From contig CAVSGM010000001.1 of NCBI GenBank assembly GCA_963727485.1, positions 704,001-768,000 on the forward strand: a stretch of DNA of 64,000 nucleotides, given 5' to 3'. Shown piece after piece: positions 1 through 9,794 of this stretch. The stretch comes from an uncultured delta proteobacterium. Lineage in GTDB: Bacteria > Myxococcota > Myxococcia > SLRQ01. Each line of letters starts with the position of its first letter. Position 1 is the stretch's first letter. A program made the position numbers and the translations under genes. The notes under the pieces are model-generated. The model was given only the letters and a program-made list of their open reading frames with translations, searched no databases and was not told the origin of the DNA.

Positions 1-1431
1 GATGACCGAGAGCAGGTTGTTGAAGTCGTGGGCGATGCCCCCGGCGAGGCGGCCCACGCTCTCCATCCGCCGGGAGAGCTGGAGCTCGCTCTCGAGGTGG
101 CGGCGCTCGGTGTCGGCCTCGCGGCGGTCGGTGACGTCCTCGCTCACCCCGGCGACCCGGAGGATCTCGCCGTTCTGGCTGCGCACCGGGAACACCCGGT
201 TGCGCACCCAGCGCCAGGCGCCGTCGGCCCGGCGCATCCGGTACTCGACCTCGGTGTCCCCGGGCATCTTCAGGAGGAGGTCGCGGAGGAGCGGGACGTC
301 GTCGGGGTGGACGTGGGTGAGGAAGCTCTCCGGGTCCCGGTAGATGGCCTCCCGGGAGAGGCCGAAGAGCTGCTCGAAGGCCGGGCTGATGTAGAGCACC
401 TCGCCGCCGTCCACGGACACCATCCAGAAGACCTCCCGGATGTTGTCCATGATTTGGCGGAAGCGCAGCCCACTCTCCCGGAGCGCCTCCATGGCGGCGG
501 CCCGGTCATCGCGGGTGCGCAGGGTCTCGAGGCCGTGGACCATGCCGTCGGCGAGGTCGCAGAGCAGCGCCTCCTCCTCGGGGTCGAAGGCGTCGGGCTC
601 GGGGGCGTAGATGGCCAGCGCGCCCAGGACCGCGTCGTCGGAGGTGAGGAGGGGCACCGCCAGGGTGGAGCCGAAGCCCCGGCGCCGGGCCTCCTCGCGC
701 CAGGGGGCGAAGCGCGGGTCGGAGGCGAGGTCCTTGACCGCCACCGGCTCGCGGCTGCGGATGGCGCGGCCCACCGGGCCCTGGCCCCGCTCGCTCTCGT
801 CCCAGGTGGCCTGCACCGAGTCGACGTAGCCGTGGTCCTCGCCGGCTCGGGCGGCCGGGCGCACCGGGCTGCCCGGGGACGGCTCCGCCAGGCCCACCCA
901 GGCCAGGCGGTAGCCGCCGAGGTCGACCAGGAGGCGGCAGACCTCGGTGAGGAAGCTCGCCTCGTCGGTGGCCCCGACCAGGGCGCGGTTGGCGGCGCGG
1001 AGCACCCGGAGGGCACGGCCCAGGCGGGCCTGGCGCGCGCGGCTCCGGCGCTCGGCGTCCACGTCCCGGGCCACCAGGAGCCAGGTGGCGGCGGCGCCCA
1101 GGGGCTCGAGGGTCGCCGAGAGCTCCCGGCGACCGCCGCGTCCGTCCCGGAGGGTGAGGATCCCCTGCCACGGGGCGTTGCCCTCGTCGGGGCGGGGGAG
1201 GGCCTCGCCGGCCTCGCCGAGGAGGCTGGCGAGGGGCTGGCCGGTGGTGACCCGGCCCAGGAGGGCGTCGAAGGCGGCGTTGGCCCAGCGGACGTCGCCG
1301 GCGGCGTCCACCAGGGCCACCAGCTCCGACAGGTCCGGCATCGACGCCCGCCAGCGTGGGTCCGGCGAGGCCTCGTCCCCCTCGCCTGGGGCTGCGTGCG
1401 CGATCCCGTCGGGATCGGTCGACTGGCTCAT
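1..1431 (-). CDS. PAS/GAF sensor histidine kinase, 5' part (runs off the window start)
   Basis: Minus-strand reading from ATG at 1431 gives PAS-like and GAF-like segments and ends in the H-box RMESVGRLAGGIAHDFNNLLSVI at position 1. Not in the ORF track because it has no stop in the window. Confidence 0.85.
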   Translation of the reverse strand, partial: MSQSTDPDGIAHAAPGEGDEASPDPRWRASMPDLSELVALVDAAGDVRWANAAFDALLGRVTTGQPLASLLGEAGEALPRPDEGNAPWQGILTLRDGRGGRRELSATLEPLGAAATWLLVARDVDAERRSRARQARLGRALRVLRAANRALVGATDEASFLTEVCRLLVDLGGYRLAWVGLAEPSPGSPVRPAARAGEDHGYVDSVQATWDESERGQGPVGRAIRSREPVAVKDLASDPRFAPWREEARRRGFGSTLAVPLLTSDDAVLGALAIYAPEPDAFDPEEEALLCDLADGMVHGLETLRTRDDRAAAMEALRESGLRFRQIMDNIREVFWMVSVDGGEVLYISPAFEQLFGLSREAIYRDPESFLTHVHPDDVPLLRDLLLKMPGDTEVEYRMRRADGAWRWVRNRVFPVRSQNGEILRVAGVSEDVTDRREADTERRHLESELQLSRRMESVGRLAGGIAHDFNNLLSVI

Positions 1432-1479
1432 CACCACCCCCGGTCTTCCTCGAGTGTAGGTCACCGCCGGCCGCCGGCG

Positions 1480-2362
1480 CTATCGGCGCCGCCCGGACCC
1501 GGGGCCGGCGAGGCGGCGGAAGGCGGGATTTCCCCGCAGGGGATCCAGGTCCGGATCCTCGGCGGCGAGGCGCCGGAGGCGGTGGGGTGCCAGGGCGAAG
1601 GCCCGGCGGAGCCAGGGGAGGGCCTCGGCGGGGCGGCCCAGGCGCGCCAGGGCGCAGGCGAGGTCGTAGGCGGCGTTGGCGTAGGTGGGGTCGAGGTCGC
1701 GCGGCCGCGGCGAACCGGTCCCGGGCGGTGGCGAAGTCCCGGCGCCGGTGGGCGTCGAGGCCCGCCTCCACCTCGAGGCGGGCGCGGCCCCGGCGCAGGT
1801 CGAGGACGGCGAGGCCCTCGACCTCGATGGCCCCCTGCCGGGCGCGCCAGGGGAGCACCGCCAGCGTCGCCGGGTCGCCAGGTCCGAGGACCACGTCGCC
1901 GAGGGTGACGGCGTCGGCGTCCGGGAGCCGGGCGAGGACCGCGTGGTGCCCGCCCCGGGAGAGGGTCACCCGCCAGCTCCCCCCGCGCCGGGTGGCGCCG
2001 AGGGTGCGCGGCCCGTCGGGCACGGGCAGGGGCCGACCCGCCGGGGCCCGGGGCAGGGGGGTCGTCGCCGGGAGGGCGGTGCGGGAGAGGACGGTGCCGC
2101 GCCGGTCCAGGGTCACCCGCCACACCGACGGCGGGCGCCCGTCGGCCGCGACCCGCTCCACGAGCACCACCCGATCCGCGCCCAGGGAGACCAGCCGCTG
2201 GCGGTGCACCGGCCCCGCGTCCCCCTGGGGGGCGACCACCGGGAGGCCCGGGAGCCGGGGATTGGCCCGCTCGCGCAGCGGCGTGGCGCAGCCGGGGGCG
2301 CCGAGGAGCACCCCGGCGAGGGCCGCGGCGACCGCGGGTCTCACTAGGAATGGCCTGCGCAT
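1480..2362 (-). CDS. Lipoprotein with C-terminal TPR, frameshifted near 1700
   Basis: Signal/lipobox AAALAGVLLGAPGC. After ...RDRFAAAA a frame change gives DLDPTYANAAYDLACALARLGRPAEALPWLRRAFAL...DPDLDPLRGNPAF (TPR end motif), stop at 1480. Confidence 0.7.
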
Positions 2363-2371
2363 GCCGCTAGA

Positions 2372-3322
2372 ATGCCTCACGAGAAGGGAACTGCGTTGCC
2401 GGACGAAGACGACGACGACAAGACCAGCATCCGGCCCCTGTCGGACCTGCTCAACACCCCCGAGGTCCCGGGCCGGCCGAACCCGTACCTCATCGTGCTC
2501 TCGGGCAAGTCGGTGGGGCGGATGTTCAAGCTGAACCCCGGCGAGGTCCTCATCGGTCGGTCTCCGGACTGCGACCTCATGCTGGACGACGACGGGGTCA
2601 GCCGCAAGCACGCGCGGCTCATCTGCCGCCCGGACGGCACCGTCTCCATCCTCGACCTCGGCTCCACCAACGGGACCTGGGTCGAGGCCGAGCGGATGGA
2701 CCTCCACCGGCTCCAGGACGGCAACCGCATCCAGATTGGGTCGGCGACCATCCTCAAGTACGGCTACCAGGACAGCGTCGAGGAGAAGTTCGTCTCCCAG
2801 CTCTACGAGTCCGCCACCCAGGACGGGCTCACGGGCATCTACAACAAGCGGTTCTTCCTCGACCACCTCAAGCAGGAGCTCGCCTGGCACCAGCGCCACG
2901 GCCACCCCCTCACCCTCATCCTCTTCGACATCGACTTCTTCAAGCGCATCAACGACACCTACGGGCACCAGGCCGGGGACTTCGTCCTCAAGCGCCTGGC
3001 CAAGGTCTGCGGGGGCCAGGTGCGCACCGAGGACATCCTCGCCCGCTACGGCGGCGAGGAGTTCGCGGTCATCCTGCGGCAGACCGAGAGCAAGCAGGCC
3101 ACCGTCCTCGCCGAGCGGATCCGCCGGGCGGTGGAGGGCGCGCGCTTCGACTACAGCGCAGAGAACCGGGTGGTGAGCATCCCGGTGGCCATCTCCGTGG
3201 GCGTCGCCGAGCTCGACCCCACCATGATCGAGCCCGCCGCCCTCATCGAGGCCGCCGACCGGTACCTCTACAAGGCGAAAGAGGGCGGCCGGAACCGGGT
3301 CGAGTCCTCGGCCTTCGACTAG
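2372..3322 (+). CDS. FHA-domain diguanylate cyclase
   Basis: FHA (IGRSPDC...VSRKHA...DLGSTNGT) plus GGDEF domain with RTED I-site and ARYGGEEF. True start may be TTG at 2396. Confidence 0.93.
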   Translation: MPHEKGTALPDEDDDDKTSIRPLSDLLNTPEVPGRPNPYLIVLSGKSVGRMFKLNPGEVLIGRSPDCDLMLDDDGVSRKHARLICRPDGTVSILDLGSTNGTWVEAERMDLHRLQDGNRIQIGSATILKYGYQDSVEEKFVSQLYESATQDGLTGIYNKRFFLDHLKQELAWHQRHGHPLTLILFDIDFFKRINDTYGHQAGDFVLKRLAKVCGGQVRTEDILARYGGEEFAVILRQTESKQATVLAERIRRAVEGARFDYSAENRVVSIPVAISVGVAELDPTMIEPAALIEAADRYLYKAKEGGRNRVESSAFD

Positions 3323-5278
3323 CTCCGCCGCCGGCGCCGCCCGAGGGCCACGAGGCCCCCGAGGAGGAGGAAGGCGCCGGTCCCGGCGGAGCCGCCGCGG
3401 GTGCTGCAGCCGCAGCCCGGCGCGCCCCGGCCGCCGCCGGTGCCGCCGTCGCCGAGGGGGCCGCCGTCGCCGAGGGAGCCGCCGTCGCCGCCCGTCTGGC
3501 CGCCATCGCCGGCGCCGCCCTTGCCGCCGTCGGCCACGCCGCCGTCGGCCTGGGGCGGCTGGCAGACGCCCTGCTGGCAGGTGTTCGGCGCGGTGCAGGT
3601 GACGCCCACGCAGCTCGGGTCCACGCAGGTCCCGGTGCCCGGATCGCAGGTGAGGCCTCCGGAGCAGCTCACCCCCTGGCAGTTGGGCACGCAGGCGCCG
3701 GCCTGGGGATCGCACCTCTGGCCCTGGGGGCAGCTCACCCCCGCGCAGACGCCCACGCACTGGCCCTGGGCGTTGCAGGTCTGGCCCGCCGGGCAGGTCA
3801 CCCCGGTGCACGCCGGGGCCACGCAGACCTTGGTGCCGCTCCGGTCGCAGACCTGGCCGGTGGGGCAGCCCACGTCCCCGGCGAAGCAGTCGCAGGGCGG
3901 CTGGCACTGGCCGGCGACGCAGTCCTGGCCGCTGGGGCAGACCACCTGGCCGCAGGGGTCCACGCACTGGCCGCCCTCGCACTTCTGGCCCTGGGGGCAG
4001 GTGACGCCGTCACAGGCGGGCTTGCAGGTGCCGCTGGCGGCGTCGCAGCTCGACCCCGGGGGGCAGGCGGCGCCGGCGGAGCAGTCGGTGGGCACGCACA
4101 GGGGACCCTGGCTGGTGGACTGGCAGCTGGTGCCCTGGGGACAGGAGATGATTCTCGCCGCCCTGGCAGGGGTCCACGCAGCTCTTCTGGTAGCAGAACT
4201 TCCCGGTGGGGCAGCCACCGGCGACGCCGTCGCAGTTCAGGTCCGGGTCGGCGCAGGTCTCCGGGGCGCCGGGGTGGACGTTCGGGTCCTGGTCGTTGCA
4301 GTCGCACACCTTGGGGGCGGCGCTGCAGTTGCAGTCCACGTAGCCGTCGTGGTCGGCGTCGGGGCAGACCGCGGTGCCGCTCTCGGTGAGGCCGGCGACC
4401 GCGTCGAGCTCGGCGTCGAAGGAGTCGTAGTTGCAGGCCGGCAGGTCCTTGCCGTCGTTGCCGGCGATGACCCCCACGTAGCGGAAGCTGATGCCGCAGG
4501 GCAGCGACCAGACGCTGGTGAAGGAGTCGGCCTCGATGGTGTAGTTCAGCCCCGGGTCGGTGCCGCTCCTCACCTTCTTCCACCCCTCGAGGAAGAGCTT
4601 GGAGAGCTTGGCCCGGTTCCACTTGTTGGGGTCGGCGCCGGTGGTGGTGGGGTTGTCGATGATGTCCCGGGAGGCCGGGTTGTTGGTCAGGTAGACCGTG
4701 TACTCCGTCGACTCGCAGGGCTGGGGCCCGTGGTCGTTCACCGGGAAGAGCACCACCTTGTTGGACGGTCCCCCGAGATTGAAGACCAGGCCCTCCCAGG
4801 GCTTGTAGCCCTCCTTGTTGCCGTCGACGACCTGGTCGGACCAAACCGGGCAGGCGCCGTTCATCCCGTGGGCGTCGTGGAGGCGGATCGAGTTGGCGTA
4901 CTTCCAGTCGAGGGCGTCGACGAAGGAGGCGATGGTGGAGAAGGTCCGGTCCTTGTTGACGCAGTTGACCTTGGGGTTGGCCTGGTAGTTGGTCAGGTCG
5001 CCGTTGCAGATGGTGTTGCCCGTGGTGCACCCGGGGAAGGGGTTGATCAGCTTCCCGTAGACCGGGAGCTGGTCGCCGGTGCGGCCCTGGGCGTCCTTGA
5101 ACACCCCGTCGACCACCGTCCCCGGTCCCAGGGCCTGGATCGCCGCCACGCACGCCTGCTCGGTGGCCCCGGTGTCACCGCTGGACTGGTCGCAGACGCC
5201 GGTGGAGGCGTGGGCGGAAAGCGGCAGGCACAGCCCCAGGAGGGCAACGACGACGGCGACGCGGGGCGGGTGACGCAT
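3319..5278 (-). CDS. Secreted Cys-rich MYXO-CTERM surface protein, frameshifted near 4153
   Basis: Signal peptide ...LPLSAHA, ~330 aa globular domain, DADHDGY...DCNDQDPNVHPGAPETC...NCDG motif, CxGVTCPxGQxC repeats, C-terminal GCGCSTRGG-TM-RRRRRS. ORFs 4010..5371 and 3319..4218 join if one A is removed. Confidence 0.85.
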
Positions 5279-5392
5279 GGGAGGACTCCGAGTGGGGGCA
5301 GACCCGTACGATACGCCGATTCTGCGTGTCTTGCCTGCGACGGTCTCGTGTCGCGTTGACCCTCCAGTCAATCTTCGCTAACACCCGGGGCC

Positions 5393-6730
5393 ATGTTCGA
5401 CACCGTCCTCATCGCCAACCGCGGCGAGATCGCCTGCCGCCTCGCCGACGTCCTCCGGGAGATGGGCATCCGCACCGTGGGCGTCTACTCGGACGCCGAC
5501 GCCGAGGCGCCCCACGTGAAGAAGGTCGACGAGGCGGTCCACATCGGGCCGTCCCGGGCCGCCGACAGCTACCTCGACGCCGAGAAGATCCTCGCGGCGG
5601 CCCGGCAGACCGGGGCCCAGGCCATCCACCCGGGCTACGGCTTCCTCTCCGAGCGGGCGAGCTTCGCCCGGGCCTGCGCCGAGGCGGGGATCGTGTTCAT
5701 CGGCCCCACCCCCGAGGCCATCGAGGCCATGGGCGACAAGGCCGTGGCCCGGGCCACCGCCAAGGCCGCGGGCTGCCCGGTGGTCCCGGGCACCGAGGGC
5801 ACCGTCGAGGGCGAGGCCGCCCACGCCGCCGCCCGCAAGATCGGCTTCCCCATCCTGGTGAAGGCGTCGGCCGGCGGGGGCGGCATCGGCATGACCGTCG
5901 CCGAGGACGAGGCGGGCCTCGACAAGGCGCTGAAGACCGCGTCGAACCGCGCCCAGGCCTCCTTCGGCGACGGCTCGGTCTACCTCGAGCGCTACTTCGC
6001 CCGGCCCCGGCACATCGAGGTCCAGGTCCTCGGCGATGGGAAGGACACCTACCTCCACCTCTTCGAGCGCGAGTGCTCCATCCAGCGCCGGCACCAGAAG
6101 GTCATCGAGGAGGCCCCCAGCCCCCTCTTCGACGGGGACACCACCATGGCCGAGGCCATGTACCGGGACGCGCTGGCCGTGGCCCGGGCGGTGGGCTACG
6201 TGGGCGCCGGGACCGTGGAGATGCTGGTCGCCGATGGCGCCTACCACTTCATCGAGATGAACACCCGGCTCCAGGTGGAGCACCCGGTCACCGAGCTGAC
6301 CTGCGGGGTGAACCTCATCGCCTGGCAGCTGCGCATCGCCGCCGGCGAGGCCCTCGACCTGAAGCAGGAGGGCATCCGGCGCGAAGGCCACGCCCTGGAG
6401 CTGCGGATCTACGCCGAGGATCCGGACAAGAAGTTCTTCCCCTCGCCGGGGACGCTCACCCGCTTCGAGGTCCCCACCGGCGAGGGCGTCCGGGTCGACG
6501 CCGGGGTCGAGACCGGCTATACGGTGACCCCGTTCTACGACCCGATGATCGCCAAGCTCATCGTCCAGGGGAAGGATCGCGCCGAGGCCATCTCGCGTGC
6601 CCGGGCGGCCCTCGACGCCTTCCACGTCGAGGGGATCAAGTGCAACATCCCCGCCCTCGCCCGCATCCTCGACACCGACGCCTTCCACCGCGGCGAGCTC
6701 TCCACGCGCTTCATCGAAGAGCACCTCTAG
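5393..6730 (+). CDS. accC: Biotin carboxylase subunit
   Basis: VLIANRGEIA, IHPGYGFLSE, ERECSIQRRHQK, FIEMNTRLQVEHPVTE, YDPMIAK. Confidence 0.92.
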   Translation: MFDTVLIANRGEIACRLADVLREMGIRTVGVYSDADAEAPHVKKVDEAVHIGPSRAADSYLDAEKILAAARQTGAQAIHPGYGFLSERASFARACAEAGIVFIGPTPEAIEAMGDKAVARATAKAAGCPVVPGTEGTVEGEAAHAAARKIGFPILVKASAGGGGIGMTVAEDEAGLDKALKTASNRAQASFGDGSVYLERYFARPRHIEVQVLGDGKDTYLHLFERECSIQRRHQKVIEEAPSPLFDGDTTMAEAMYRDALAVARAVGYVGAGTVEMLVADGAYHFIEMNTRLQVEHPVTELTCGVNLIAWQLRIAAGEALDLKQEGIRREGHALELRIYAEDPDKKFFPSPGTLTRFEVPTGEGVRVDAGVETGYTVTPFYDPMIAKLIVQGKDRAEAISRARAALDAFHVEGIKCNIPALARILDTDAFHRGELSTRFIEEHL

Positions 6731-6747
6731 CCCCCGGAGACCCCCAC

Positions 6748-6963
6748 ATGGCGACCGACGTCGAGGCCCACATCACCGGCACCGTCTGGAAGATCGAGAA
6801 GCAGGTTGGCGACGAGGTCGCCGAGGGCGACATCATCGTCATCCTCGAGTCCATGAAGATGGAGATGCCCGTCGAGGCCCCCGAGGACGGCAAGATCGCC
6901 GCCATCAAGGTCGAGGAGGGGCAGGCGGTGAACGAGGGCGACGTGGTCGCCGTCCTCGAGTAG
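6748..6963 (+). CDS. Biotin carboxyl carrier protein (71 aa)
   Basis: MATDVEAHITGTVWK...ESMKME biotinylation motif; GGAG upstream. Confidence 0.9.
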   Translation: MATDVEAHITGTVWKIEKQVGDEVAEGDIIVILESMKMEMPVEAPEDGKIAAIKVEEGQAVNEGDVVAVLE

Positions 6964-7012
6964 CGCCGCCGGTGATGCGCGCCGCCGCCGGAACCGCGCC
7001 GGGGGGGCTCGC

Positions 7013-7663
7013 CTAGAACCCCTCGAAGAGCTCGGTGAGGGGCACGCCGAGGGCGGTGGCGATCTTGTGGAGCGAGCTCACCGAGGCGGAGCTCTCGGCC
7101 CGCTCGATCTGCGAGATGAGGCTCACCGAGAGCCCGCAGCGTCGCGCCACCTGCCGCAGGGTGAGGTTGTGGCCGTTGCGCAGGGCCCGGACCTTCTTGC
7201 CCACGGCCTGGAGCAGGGCGGCCTCGGCGTCGACCACCAGGCCCTTCTGGGCCAGCACCCGGCGCACCGCGGTCTTGAGGGCGTCGACCCGCACCGGCTT
7301 GGTCAGGTAGTCCGAGGCCTGGTGCTGGAGGCTGGTGACGGCAGTGTCCACCGAGGGGTAGCCGGTGAAGACGATGACCGCCACGTCGTCGTCCTGGCGG
7401 CGGATCTCCTGGAGCACCGCGGTGCCGTCCATCCCCGGCATCATGATGTCGAGGATCACCAGGTGGAAGTCGCTCCCCTTGAAGGTCTCGAGGGCGGTCA
7501 GCGGCTCGACGGCGGTGACCACCTCGTAGCCCTCCTTCTCCAGGAGCATGGAGAGGTACTCGCAGACGTCCGGCTCGTCGTCGACGACGAGGATGCGGAT
7601 GGCGGACCCGCGACGGGGCCGGGGGACGGGAGGGGTTCGGGTCACGTCGGGCGAGGTCTGCAC
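7013..7663 (-). CDS. Response regulator with C-terminal XRE HTH
   Basis: REC (ILVVDDE, LDIMMPGMDG, FTGY, TKP) plus LTLRQVARRCGLSVSLISQIER. Confidence 0.88.
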   Translation of the reverse strand: MQTSPDVTRTPPVPRPRRGSAIRILVVDDEPDVCEYLSMLLEKEGYEVVTAVEPLTALETFKGSDFHLVILDIMMPGMDGTAVLQEIRRQDDDVAVIVFTGYPSVDTAVTSLQHQASDYLTKPVRVDALKTAVRRVLAQKGLVVDAEAALLQAVGKKVRALRNGHNLTLRQVARRCGLSVSLISQIERAESSASVSSLHKIATALGVPLTELFEGF

Positions 7664-7676
7664 GCGGCCTCCGGGG

Positions 7677-9623
7677 TCACTTCCCCGTGGACTGATCGTA
7701 CTGCTGGAGGATCTGCTCGACCTTGGCGCGATCGGGCGCGTGGGGGTTCTTCTTGATGTACTCGCGGTAGTGGTAGGCGGCCTGGTCCATCTGGCCGACG
7801 CTGGCGTAGGCGACGCCGAGGAGGCGGTGCGCCGGCGCCATGCCCACCGGGTCGAGGGCCAGGGCCTTCTTCAGGTAGCTGATGGCCTGGCGGTACTTGT
7901 ACTTGAGGATGAGGGCGTAGCCCTGCTTGTAGTCCTGCTGGGCCTCGGCCTTCTTCCCCGGGGTCGGCTTGGCCTTGGCCGCGTGGGCGGCGTGGTTGGT
8001 GTGGCCGCGGTGGGCCCGGGCCTGGCGGGCGGCGGCGCGGCGCCGGGTCCGGGCGTCGGCCAAGGCCTTTCGCCGGGCGGCCTCCTGGCGGGCCTTGATC
8101 CGGGCGCGCTCGGTGGCGGCCGGGTGGGCGTAGACCGAGCTGTCGGGGATCTGGGCCAGGTCCTTGAGGGCGGCGTCGTAGTTCTCTTTTCCGGCGGCGG
8201 CGACGGCGTCGTCGAGGGTGGCCTTGGCCCGGGCCTCGGCGGCGGCGCGCTGGGCGCCGGAGAGGGCGGCGGCGTCGCCGGCGTGGGCGGCGAGGACCTC
8301 GCGGTAGGCGCGGCGGGCGCCGTCCCAGTCCCGCTGGTGCTCGGCCTTCTTCGCCTCGGCGAGGAGGGCCCGGGTGTTCACCGCCGGGGCGGTCCTGGTC
8401 GGGGGGGCCGCGGCGGCCTTGGCCGGGGTCCCCGCGGCGGGGGTGCCGGCCGCGCCGGCGGTCGACCCGGTGGCGGCGTGGGCCGGGTGGGCCGGGTGGG
8501 CGATGGCGAGGGGCTGGGGCCCGGTGGTGTCGGCGCCGGCGGGCTTGCCCGTGTTGCGGCCGAAGACCCACCACCCGCCGGTGCCCACGAGGGCGAGGAC
8601 CACGATGACCCCAATCCACAGAGGCGCCGAGGAGCGCTTCACCGCCGCCAGGTCGTCGTCGACGTCGGCGTAGGCGGCGGCCATCTCGTCGGTGAGCTCG
8701 AAGGGATCGCCGGGGTCGCAGAAGCGCAGCTTCACGTGCCCGAGCTGGAGCACGTCGCCGCCACGCAGGTCGCTGGCCCCGTAGGGCTCACCGTTGACCT
8801 TCACCCCGTTGGCCGAGCCCAGGTCGGCCACCTTCCAGGCGCCGGTCTTCTCCCGGTAGATCCGGCAGTGGGTCCGGGACATGGAGCGGTGGTCGATGGG
8901 GACCTCGTTGTCGCCGTCGCGACCCAGGGTCACGGCCGTGCGCTCGAGGGGGAAGCTCTGGCCGGCGTACTCGGTGGAGAGGACCACCAGCCGCGGCTGC
9001 GCCTCCGGGGGCACCGGCTGGGCCGGGGCCTCGCGGTTGAGGGCGTCGAGATCGACCCGGATGACCGCGGTGGCCTCGCGCCGGGGCGGCGGGGCTGCCG
9101 GCGGCGGGGGCTGGGCCGGAGCGGGGCTGGGGCGGGCCGCCGCCGCCGCGACGCCACCGGGGACCGCCGCGGCGCCGTTGGGCGGGGACGCCGCCGGGGG
9201 GGCATGGGTGGGCATCGGCGGGGGGCTCGCCGCGGCCTGGCCGGGCGGAGGCAACACGTCGTGCTCCTGGGTGGTCTCCGCGCGGGCGGGCGCGGCGTCG
9301 GCCGCCGGCTCGGTGGGCGGGTTGGCCAGCTCCCCGGCCTCCGCCTGCACCGCGAGGTTGTAGTCGCCGATCTCGATGAGATCGCCCTCGCGGATCTCGG
9401 AGCGCCCCTGGACCCGCCCACCGTTGACCTTCACCCCGTTGTAGGAGCCGAGGTCCTCGATGAACACGTGGCTGCCCCCGCGGACGAGCCGGGCGTGGCG
9501 GCGAGAGACGTTCCGCTCGGTCAGGCGGATGGTGTTGCCTTCCTTCCGACCGATGGAGATCTCGTCGCGAACGAAGGGGACTACGGTCTTGCGTCCCTCG
9601 TCGTCCTCGATGATGAGCTTCAT
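7677..9623 (-). CDS. Double-FHA, transmembrane, TPR protein
   Basis: Two FHA domains (IGRKEGN..VSRRHA..DLGSYNG; LGRDGDN..MSRTHC..DLGSANG), Pro/Ala linker, TM helix, C-terminal TPR. Confidence 0.88.
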   Translation of the reverse strand: MKLIIEDDEGRKTVVPFVRDEISIGRKEGNTIRLTERNVSRRHARLVRGGSHVFIEDLGSYNGVKVNGGRVQGRSEIREGDLIEIGDYNLAVQAEAGELANPPTEPAADAAPARAETTQEHDVLPPPGQAAASPPPMPTHAPPAASPPNGAAAVPGGVAAAAARPSPAPAQPPPPAAPPPRREATAVIRVDLDALNREAPAQPVPPEAQPRLVVLSTEYAGQSFPLERTAVTLGRDGDNEVPIDHRSMSRTHCRIYREKTGAWKVADLGSANGVKVNGEPYGASDLRGGDVLQLGHVKLRFCDPGDPFELTDEMAAAYADVDDDLAAVKRSSAPLWIGVIVVLALVGTGGWWVFGRNTGKPAGADTTGPQPLAIAHPAHPAHAATGSTAGAAGTPAAGTPAKAAAAPPTRTAPAVNTRALLAEAKKAEHQRDWDGARRAYREVLAAHAGDAAALSGAQRAAAEARAKATLDDAVAAAGKENYDAALKDLAQIPDSSVYAHPAATERARIKARQEAARRKALADARTRRRAAARQARAHRGHTNHAAHAAKAKPTPGKKAEAQQDYKQGYALILKYKYRQAISYLKKALALDPVGMAPAHRLLGVAYASVGQMDQAAYHYREYIKKNPHAPDRAKVEQILQQYDQSTGK

Positions 9624-9794
9624 CCGTGCTCCTGGATCGCCCGCGGGCAGGACACCGTGGAGGGGCGTAAGTCCTGGAATCGACCAAACATTTCTAGCAT
9701 GGGCCTCCGTGGCGGTTCAACCGCGGTGCCGGACCGTCCCGTCGGCCCGTCCCCGACACCTCCCGCCAGGACCCCGCATTATACTTGAAGGCCG

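Noticed and set aside
28..1908. Long antisense or alternate-frame ORFs (also 506..3982, 11447..14674, 37105..40002, 44302..48021)
   Set aside because: Shadow ORFs caused by high GC, mostly overlapping well-supported genes. Only a short internal part of 506..3982 is real coding sequence.
3319..5278. traA assignment
   Set aside because: No recognisable PA14-like domain and no adjacent OmpA-type traB.
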